A stretch of 64,000 nucleotides of DNA from assembly GCA_965644295.1 (NCBI GenBank), contig CBFFRP010000314.1, positions 62,001 to 126,000 of the forward strand, read 5' to 3'. Below are positions 50,910 through 61,200 of the stretch, piece by piece. The notes under the pieces are model-generated. The model did not search any database. It had not been told where the DNA came from and saw only the letters and a list, made by a program, of their open reading frames with translations. Within the stretch, counting starts at the first letter, position 1; every line of letters starts with the position of its first letter. Both the position numbers and the translations under genes were made by a program. Source of the stretch: Paraphysomonas bandaiensis (taxonomy: Eukaryota > Protista > Chrysophyceae).

Positions 50910-51608
50910 ATGTCTGATTGGCTTAGAAATGGCGAATTGAGCGTTAGTTCATTCAATTTATCGGTAGAGAGTACGTGTGCTGTCCTTGCACTATATACCA
51001 TACTGGTTTTCGGTGTGGCTCGATTGACCAACTATACGAGCTCCGATAAGCAGACACTCCAGGCAGGTGAAACCACAGCATTGAGTTGGTACAATTCTCT
51101 GTGTAGGGATGTGCCATCCACATACATTTTGGACGTCGAAGAGTGGAAAAACATCAATGATTACAGAGGGAGAAACGGCTGGAAAGGAAATGACTTTATG
51201 CATGCACCCAATTCTCCAGTTCGAATATATGATTACATCATGTATCGCCCTGGAACCAACGAAGACAGAAGTGATGTTGCTATTGTCTCAGCAGTCCACT
51301 TTACTGAAAACGCAGAAAGTCACAAGGGATTATGCCACGGAGGAACTATGTGTGCAGTTATGGATGATGCTATTGGTTGGTGCGGCTTTTGTGAGTCTGG
51401 TGAATGTATCCCATGGAGTGGCTACACTGTACAAGTTAACACGAAACTGATGAAAGCGATTCCCCTGGAATCGTGTTTGAAATTAGAAGCTTGGATTGAC
51501 AAGCGTGAAGGAAGTAGGAAAATTCACGTCAATGCTAGAATCTATGATGCTGTTACTGGCATTGAGCATGCCCGTGCTGAAGGGTTGTTTTTAAAATCAA
51601 CAAAATGA
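50910..51608 (+). CDS. Hotdog-fold thioesterase (PaaI/THEM4-like) with N-terminal hydrophobic segment
   Basis: HKGLCHGGTMCAVMDDAIG, YTVQVNTKLMK, ARAEGLF. Confidence 0.85.
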   Translation: MSDWLRNGELSVSSFNLSVESTCAVLALYTILVFGVARLTNYTSSDKQTLQAGETTALSWYNSLCRDVPSTYILDVEEWKNINDYRGRNGWKGNDFMHAPNSPVRIYDYIMYRPGTNEDRSDVAIVSAVHFTENAESHKGLCHGGTMCAVMDDAIGWCGFCESGECIPWSGYTVQVNTKLMKAIPLESCLKLEAWIDKREGSRKIHVNARIYDAVTGIEHARAEGLFLKSTK

Positions 51609-52173
51609 TAGCATCACAGTGTTGTATAAATAATACATGTGCCGAGTTGAAATAATACATATTAGCTACTCACGGCGCCATAATTACTCAGTGTAAGCAT
51701 GGCAAGTATAACGTTGGCGCCTTGTCTGTTAACGTACAGTGTTGTCTTTCAACTTATGTAAAATTGACAAAGAGGTGCTAAATATTCCACAGCATCACAC
51801 CATAACGTTTATACATGCTTTATATATTGCAACATTGTAGTTAGATAGTCACATCACTAGCATTGCAATACTATTGCAATATATTAGTATCATTAATGAG
51901 CTATTAAAAACGTGCCTATATTTTGTTTTTAATACCAGTACTTGAGATCATATGATAACGAAGTCTCGCCCGTCGCCCTAGTTATTGTAAACTGAGAATA
52001 TGAATTTTGGTGTTTACCCCAATTTTGAAGTGACTAGAAAATTACAACAAATCGACTAGGTTGAATAAAAGATCCCTAAAATATGACCAGTACGGAGTAC
52101 GGAGTAGTGAACTGTAAACTGGATAAAGATATTATTAAAACACGTTTAATGAGGAAGAATCAAAATCATTTAA

Positions 52174-52512
52174 GGCTTTAGACCCTCAACAAAACGTTTC
52201 GTGGTGCTCTGGGGATAATTACTGAGATATTTTTCCGGGAAGCTAATGTGAGATGCATATATACAGTCAGCAGATATTGTTCTCTTGGCGAATAAACAGG
52301 CATCCGGTAATGGGCCCACCTGAAGGGTATCCGGGGTATTCGGTTGCCTGCTGAAGTCAAGCATCCGGGCTGTTGACTTTAAGGGTAGAGAACAAAAGTG
52401 GTTGCACCTTGGTGCTTGGGGTGACGCACAAGTAGCTGTCATAGCGCCAAATAGTAGGATATCAGAGTTATAAGTACTAGTTAGTTAAATTAGTTCTGAC
52501 TCTGAACTAAAA
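52174..52512 (-). repeat. Dispersed repeat family X, inverted copy
   Basis: The reverse complement aligns in blocks with 31937-32359. An adjacent plus-strand fragment at 52516-52562 forms a local inverted repeat. Confidence 0.85.
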
Positions 52513-53907
52513 CAAATGCTTAACTCTGATATCATACTATTTACTATTTAACGCTACGAAATCAGCGTTGTTGGGTTTTGTAGTATGATGCGATATCAGC
52601 GCAATTATGATGAACATGCTCACCATAAGCTACATGAACGTGTTGTGAAATGTTGATGTTAATAGTTATAATACTTTCTTGAAATTACGTTGTGCTCTAA
52701 AAGCAATGTTAAGGTTAGCTTAAGTGCAAAGTCCAATTCTAACATGTTTCAGGGGAAGTTGTACAAGCGCCAAACCACAAAACACGACATAGAGAAAATT
52801 TTACTTGGATTGTTTTTGGAAATTTAAAATTTAAAAATAAGAAGAATATGTTACGATGAACTATCTAACTCTGGACAAGCAGCAGTTGCTCTCAAATTCA
52901 GGGCGAAGTAAAAGTATATTGAATTGCAATTATTTATTTTTCCTTGCTACAATATGTTGGAATTGGTATGGTTCTCTAAGATAGTACTGTAGAATACGTT
53001 AAATACAATGCGAAAAACAGTAATACGTAGTCAATAGTCAAAGGTGCTATATAGTATAACTGTGAAACTGAAGTATTATATCATGACGATTCAAGATACG
53101 GAAGTTGAGCAGTGGTTGACATGAACGAAATAATTTATCATGTTGTTGACATGTGTTACATGACAATACACACAATTGTGTATACGTGTATACAATTATA
53201 ATAAAGTAATCTATCTAGTTTGACTAACTTAAACTTCTCTTACAACGATCTTAATCATCTGAAAATGGTCAATTGTCAATACAATATACTTATTATTATT
53301 TTAGCCAAATCTGGCCTCACAATATTTGCAATATATTGCTCATGCTTGTGTTTTTGAAAATAGATTTGCTTAATCATAAATTACTCTTCAGAACCACGTA
53401 ACTCATCTATAAATACAATATCGAGCAATTCAATATCTGCAGCGAAGAACGCATATCATGTTTGAGTCAAATTGTTTAAATCCAACGCGATGGTTGATTA
53501 CGTTAAACACAGCCTGTCCAATATATAACGTTTAACAGAACATGGTGTGATAGAGTATACGAAACTATTAATTTTAAACTGTGTCACAAGTACTATTGAC
53601 ATCCGTAAATAACGAATACAGAAAAATACCACAACGTTATGCCGACTACCGAAGAAAAAATTCAACATAGCATTTTCAACACTTCTTTATTGCTCAATTC
53701 TCATGGGCCAGTACACACTATGCAGCATACTTCATGATCGCATATTCCGTGCTATAAACGGATTCGTTTTACAAGCATACCATCGACATGGTCCGCCACA
53801 ATATAATCAATCAAAGTTAAGCATAAGGATGTAACGTAGCAGCATTCATACTGATTGGTATTGTCGTCTATCTTTCTCTTGACTGGAGACAAGTGCAGAC
53901 TAAAGTA

Positions 53908-54354
53908 CTAAAGTCGGTTGTCCTTTTTCCCGCCAAAATATTCATAGCCGAAGCCATTATCTATCATACACTTGTTGATATCGATTTTTCTAAACCACTG
54001 CCAGCGATATAATGTTCCCAGAAATCTTCCATACTTATCGAACCCGTGTATCTTTAACCGCACAGTCTTATGCAGACAGTACTTTACTAAAGCACTCTTG
54101 GCTGCCTCAGCACTCAAAATGACTTCATCTCGATTGACGCAATCACGTGGTGGTCGTAACTCAGGAGAGTCATATCCATAGCACCTCACCTTGATCTTCT
54201 GATACCGCCCATTGATCCGAACCACAGCTGTGCATGTGTCTCCGTCATACACAGACACTACCCTCGCAAGAAACTCACAGTCTTTGAATCCATACTCCGG
54301 GGTATTGTCATCAGTCCTACCTGAGAGTCGATACCGAACCAAGCAAGAGCCCAT
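53908..54354 (-). CDS. Single-domain staphylococcal nuclease (thermonuclease), 148 aa
   Basis: VVSVYDGDT, VRCYGYDSPE, FDKYGRFLG, INKCMIDNGFGYEYFGGKK. Starts MGSC, a possible acylation signal. The upstream extension through the repeat is treated as spurious. Confidence 0.88.
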   Translation of the reverse strand: MGSCLVRYRLSGRTDDNTPEYGFKDCEFLARVVSVYDGDTCTAVVRINGRYQKIKVRCYGYDSPELRPPRDCVNRDEVILSAEAAKSALVKYCLHKTVRLKIHGFDKYGRFLGTLYRWQWFRKIDINKCMIDNGFGYEYFGGKKDNRL

Positions 54355-54390
54355 GACAATATCTATATTGCGAGAGATTGAATATGTACG

Positions 54391-55058
54391 TATGTATGTA
54401 TGTATGTATGTATGTATGTATGTATGTATGTATGTATGTATGTATGTATGTATGTATGTATGTATGTATGTATGTATGTATGTATGTATGTATGTATGTA
54501 TGTATGTATGTATGTATGTATGTATGTATGTATGTATGTATGTATGTATGTATGTATGTATGTATGTATGTATGTATGTATGTATGTATGTATGTATGTA
54601 TGTATGTATGTATGTATGTATGTATGTATGTATGTATGTATGTATGTATGTATGTATGTATGTATGTATGTATGTATGTATGTATGTATGTATGTATGTA
54701 TGTATGTATGTATGTATGTATGTATGTATGTATGTATGTATGTATGTATGTATGTATGTATGTATGTATGTATGTATGTATGTATGTATGTATGTATGTA
54801 TGTATGTATGTATGTATGTATGTATGTATGTATGTATGTATGTATGTATGTATGTATGTATGTATGTATGTATGTATGTATGTATGTATGTATGTATGTA
54901 TGTATGTATGTATGTATGTATGTATGTATGTATGTATGTATGTATGTATGTATGTATGTATGTATGTATGTATGTATGTATGTATGTATGTATGTATGTA
55001 TGTATGTATGTATGTATGTATGTATGTATGTATGTATGTATGTATGTATGTATGTATG
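54391..55058. repeat. (TATG)n microsatellite, about 167 perfect units
   Basis: Directly visible, uninterrupted 668-bp array. Confidence 0.99.
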
Positions 55059-55245
55059 TATATATGTGCTGCTGGTGAGACATAATTATTTGAAATGTGA
55101 GGTTGAAAATGACTTCTTGGGTGTCCCACAAAGATCCGGGTGTCGCATATCGCACATGGACCAACAATACACACCAGAGCATATTGTAAACATTATTAGC
55201 GAACAAGCACAATAGTAGTACAGCAGTAGAGCCTCATCTTTCATA

Positions 55246-58200
55246 ATGCCACCTAAGAAAGGAAAGAAGGCAGCTGCTAAACCGAAGGTCTCTCCTTCCT
55301 CTGCATCAGAGGAACCCTCCAAGTCGAAGCGTGGCGTGCCGACAATTTCCCAAATACTACAGGATCCCATAACTGAAATCGCTAGCAAATATTGGGCACC
55401 GGGAGGCTCTGTGAGTTGTAGAGAGCAATGTGTTTATGAATGTCTAACATGAGTTTTTTGTCAGGGGGAGGAATACGGTGTGTTTGATGATAGAATTGTA
55501 CAGCATATATACAGAACAGAATTATGTAGTGGCGCCAAGTTTGATCGCCTACAGCTATTGGAATTCAGCTGCTACCTAGAAAATTATTTGTGGAAATATT
55601 TGTCACCCGAAAGTTCATTTGAACATGTATTTAGTGTATTATTGATGATAAACGAGAAATTTCGTGAGGGCGTTGGTGCCTTTGATTCTTTGACGGAATG
55701 TCAGGATAAATTTCAAGACTTTTTGAGTGATGTTGTGAAGTTTTCGATTTTAGAGAAAGAGGCACTGAATGCTGAGCAAAAGACATCCGTAGTGGTTTTT
55801 TTGATCAATTCATTCAAGAGTTTGGAGAATGAAGTGGTTCGACGGGGGATGCTGAAATACGTTTCATTGCCTATTTGGGAGTCGCTTACGGAAGAGAGGT
55901 TACGAGCTGAACTCGATGAACACCCTCAAATTCGTCAACACTGGGAATATTTACAGTCAAAAAAGGACTCAGGAGTGCAGAGTGAATCTGTGGCTAATGC
56001 AGAATCGGATGATGAGAATACAACGCAGGGGAAGCGCAAGAACCGTCGGCGAAGTAAGACGCCAACGAAGAAGGCGAAGACAAGTACCACCCCTCCTGCT
56101 ACGCCATCCATACAGGAAACAAAATATATGGCGACCTGGTTTTCGACCCTTCTTGATCAGTTTATGAATGCTGTAGAAGACTCACGTTGTGCATCATCTG
56201 AAAACCAGACGTACATTGAGCGATTCTGCGAACTGTTGATTGATCTCCTCAGTCAGCTCCCGACAAGGCGGTTTCTCAACACTCTTCTCGATGATCGGCA
56301 TATTATAGTTCGCTGCAAGCGGTCTGTTTTGTACTCTCCATCAGAATGCACATTATTTACTCAGCTGGTCGATTTGCTAGATGCTTTCTCCAATTTTCAA
56401 ATAGAGGACCAGAGCGGGCGTGAACTGAGTGCTCAGGATATGATGGCTGTATGTAACAGCCGTTTGCACACGCTTCAGCAAGTGGCATATATGCACTACA
56501 AGGAAGAGCTGGCGGATTTGATCTTCTCCAGTACTGGAGAACTAGGAAAGGTGACGCATTTGCGAAGAGCACATATTAACGGAATTCTCATCAATTACTC
56601 TTTGACAGGCTGAAAATCTTCAGAAACATTTTAGTTTACTTTCGGAAGAGCAGTTGTTGGATCTTGCCCATCGTTTAGGTAAGTTTTCATATTTCATGTT
56701 TTTTTCGTATTTATTCTGGATTATCTCTTTCATTTTTATGAATAGCGGTTGTAACGTATAATATGTAGGGTACATCACTGCAGCTTCGTCTCCTTCTACT
56801 GACTTTGTAATGGATGTGCTGCTGTTCAAACTCTCTTATAGAAAGAGTCAGCTGGAGCTGTTGAGTCAAACCTCATTATATCCAACGGAGAAACTTCTCT
56901 GGGATCCGAATTCTGTTCCACTAGGGAAACACTACAATGGACAACAAGTGTTGGCTCTCCCGAAATTGAACTTACAATTCTTAACAATGCATGACTATTT
57001 TTTGAGGAATTTCAATTTATTTCGCTTGGAGAGTGCGTATGAAATCCGGTGAGAGTACAACCATTCCCATGGTATTGTCTGAACTTTAAATGTGTGATAT
57101 TTTATTTCAGGCAAGACATTGTTGATTCTGTTAAGCGGATAGCTCCGAGGCAATCCCTTAGTGGTTCGGTGTCATTTGGGGGTTGGGCGAGAATGGCCCT
57201 CCCTATTATTTCAGTAAATATAGAAGAGGTCATGACAAGTGCCTGCTCCGCCTTTTGTGTTGCGACCTTACCATTGACTGCAGGTTACCAAGCCTAACTT
57301 AGGCGAGGTCGTCCCCGGTCGGGTGTCTTGTTCTGTGGAAATCGATATATCTCGATATCAAGGCGATATTAGAGACGAGTGGGAAGCACTGAGGGAGCAT
57401 GATGGTACGACGTGAATATCTCCGTAAGTTTGTGGTCACAGTTTTTCGCGTGCAGTTGTTTTTCTACTTTGTATTAAGAACCCTGCTATGGAAGCCGGTA
57501 ATGTGGCTAAGTTCGAAAAGTAAGTTATGACATATCACTATATAATGCGTCTGACAAAATCCAGTGAGCGGAAGGACCTTGCGAAGGGACAGAAACCCAA
57601 GGGTCAACGAGACTTTCAATGGTCAGAAGACGACTTAGATTTTCCGTCTACATACGGTTCGTGCACTGTTCATTAGGCTATATATTCTTTCATGGGCTAT
57701 AATGTTGAAACTATTATTCCTGACATTCTATTGAATTTGTGGTGACAAGTACACCATTCCTTAGGCTGTGTGTGATTATTGTAAATGTTTCTACATAGAG
57801 TTTCGTAATTTCTGTCATTTAGGAATTCAGTATGTCCGAGCCGGTGAAATTTTTGAATATAGAGATGAGGATGATGTTGTACTGAACGATTTCACCAGGT
57901 AATGCAATGTTAATTTGTATTGCTACTTGAAGTGAAAGGTTATATTAGGCCGGATGAGCGAAAGACTGGACGCATTGGTGGTAAGAGAAGATTGCGGCTT
58001 CGTTTGGATCCTGCACAGTATTACGAGGATGTAAAGGTCAGTACTAATACATTGCACTTTGGTTGTCAGATGTTATATGTCTTGTCGCGTGACTATAGTT
58101 TTAAAGAATTGTGTTACAGTCTGGTGTTGAGTGCTACGAAACTTTAAATCTGTTAATTCGTCGAAAGCCTAAAGAGAACAACTTCAAAGCAGTGTTGGAA

Positions 58201-61200
58201 ACGATTCGTGATCTGATGAACACTGCAGCTGTAGGCCGGGCGATCCCGGCTTGGTTGCACGACGTCTTTCTTGGTTATGGGAGACCTGATGCTGCACACT
58301 ACAGGTAAGGCAAAACATTGTGGTGTTATGTAGATGCTTATGTTGATCTCCATGATTGTACTTATGATTAGTCTTTTCATAGCATTTTTGCATTTGTGAT
58401 TGACAAATACCCTATAATGAGAGTTCAAAAGAATTATTTTGAGTCTAATACTGAACTCAATGCTATGACTAATTCTTGTGCTCATGCAGGTATTATTCTC
58501 GTTCTTAAAAAAGTTTTGGAGTTGATGAGTCCGATGATGTTGTTAATGATTAGTCTTTACAGACCTATTGTGATTGACACGTACCCTAAACATGAGGACT
58601 GTATACATTATATACTGCTCTATTCTTGGATGAAGGAGTTATCTAATATTTTAATAGGAATATGCCCACCAAATGTACCAGCAGACAGTTGGACTTGACC
58701 AGTACTACAGAGTCATGTCAGGATTCCGATGCTGTCGAGGAGATGGATTATACCGATACATTCCTTAGTTACTCTCACCTCTTGGAGTCTTTTCCTGACG
58801 CAGACGTCTCACTCTGCAACGAGGATGGAGTATCACTTCCTGTGGACAATGGTGACCCCTCCACACACCCACTTCCACCATTCAAACTACGCATTACTCG
58901 TGGGGAGGGCAAGGATGCAAAGGATGTTATCCAAGTTTTCTCCTATCGTCCAGTGAACATGGGACCCTTTCCGCAAGACAAAAGGCCCTGTAATTCTATC
59001 AGGTACTATTCTCATAGTTTAAAACACTCGCATATTTGTAGGGTGATATAGTAGTACTGTAAGTTGGCGATGATGATAGTTTTGAATTCCTTCACTGAAA
59101 TGGATTTGACAGTCCAATATCATGTGGAATATTTGCACGTTAGTCTGAGTCAACTTCACATACTGATCCACATCTAAATATACGCTGTTAACATGCTGTG
59201 AATGTACTATTGACTGTGAAGATAGAACATGAATTCCTTCTCTGAGATGGATATGACAGTCCAAATTTCATGCGGAATATTTGCACGTTAGTCTGAGTCA
59301 ATTGTACTCCCCTATTGTTATGTAGTATATGCGTGACTGTGAAGATAAGTACAATTTATACTAAAGTGGACTGTATGGTCCTCATTATGCAGAAACTTGC
59401 ACGTTAGTCTGAGTCACGTCTGTGTTTTCAAGAAAAATGTTATTTCTATTCTATAAACACCACTAATATGGCAAATAAAATGATTGTAATGAATGTGTTG
59501 TGGCAGGTATACTTCTGTTCAAGTGGAAGCTCTGCGATCTGGTATGAATCAAGGCCTTACAATGGTAGTTGGTCCTCCTGGAACGGGTAAAACAGACGTT
59601 GCGGTACAAATTATATGCAATCTCTATCACAACTACCCTACTCAGAAGATTTTGTTGGTGGCGCACAGCAATACTGCCCTGAACGATTTGTTTGAAAAGA
59701 TTATGATGGTAAGATTTTGTTGTCATAATTTAATGATAGAATGATGGGCGACATTGTCTGGTGATGACTATCATATCAGAAGCCAATCCTCTGATCCGAG
59801 TGATGAATACTGATATCCCATTGTCTGATGGACTTCGCACGTTATAATTATTGCATGCATTGGTGTGATATGAACTGTAGATATGAGGTGCGAAATGCTG
59901 ACCTATATTTCGTGTTACAGCGTGACGTGGACCCACGTCATCTCCTTCGACTTGGTAGTGGTGAAAAGGACTTGTTGCAGGAGGGTCGAGGAAAGGATGC
60001 TTTCGGTTCAGAGGACCAATTCAGCAAACAGGGAAGAGTCAACTGGAGTCTCGCTCGTAGGCAACAGCTCTTACAGCAAGTAAGTTGCATGCCCAAATCT
60101 ATCCTTTATTATTGTGACAGTATCATTTTGACTTGTTTTTGTAGGTACAATACTTGGCTGTGAGTCTTGGAGTTGCTGGCGATGTCGGATACACCTGTGA
60201 AACAGCAGAGTACTTCAATCTAGAGCATATCGTAGCAAGGATTGAGAAATTTCAACTCGATGTTGAAGCCATGAAGGGCGACGAGAATGAGGTTGATGTA
60301 CAATCTGTTTTTCCATTCACTTCATACTTCTCCTCTGCTCCACAACCTCTTTTTAAGGGTACGTAGATACAAACTAGAAAATTAATGTACTTATTCTGCA
60401 CTCAGGAGACTATGACCAAGATGTTGAGATTGCCGCTGGATGCTTTCGTCATATAAAGAATCTTTTTGCTGAACTGGCGGATTATAGGTAGATACTTTGA
60501 ATTGCGTCCTTGGCGTTGTTGACATTTTTGTACAGAGCATTTGAGTTGCTTCGAACCCAAGGGCACCGGGCTGATTACTTACTTACTAAGCAGGTATACA
60601 TAATATCCAGAGTTCTTAGAACACATATTTTGTATTTTCTCTATCATCTAGATTTGGTAACAAAATATTTTTTCTCTGATGTATTCCTTATATGTATGAG
60701 AATGACATACACAGCGCAATGACGATAAGTTTATTTCTGACACCTCTTGTTTGAGATCCTTCTGTGAAACACTCAAAAATGAGTGTGAATCAGTCGGGTC
60801 GTTGAACGCAACTTTTTCCTGAGCGCGCGTTGCAGTGATATTATGTGCTGTATGTCATGTTGATTTTGTGTCCGATGGTGACCATAATATCAGAAGCCAA
60901 TCCTCTGAACCGATTGATGAATACTGATATCCCAATGTCTGAAGGACCACACTCTCTTTTCTGACAAAATATTTTTTCTTCGATGTATTCCTTCTTGCGA
61001 TATATATATGAGAATGACATACACAGCGCAATGACGATAAGTTTATTTCTGACACCTCTTGTTTGAGGTCCTTCTGTGAAACACTCAAAAATGAGTGTGA
61101 ATCAGTCGGGTCGTTGAACGCAACTTTTTCCTGAGCGCGTGTTGCAATGATATTATGTGCTGTATGTCATGTTGATTTTGTGTCCGATGATGACCATAAT

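Noticed and set aside
54391-55058. Telomeric repeat
   Set aside because: It is internal, flanked by genes on both sides, and not a G-rich telomere motif.
54212-55215. Long HTYI / MYVC-repeat ORFs on both strands
   Set aside because: They are a by-product of the stop-free (TATG)n tract. Only the SNase portion from ATG 54354 looks like protein.
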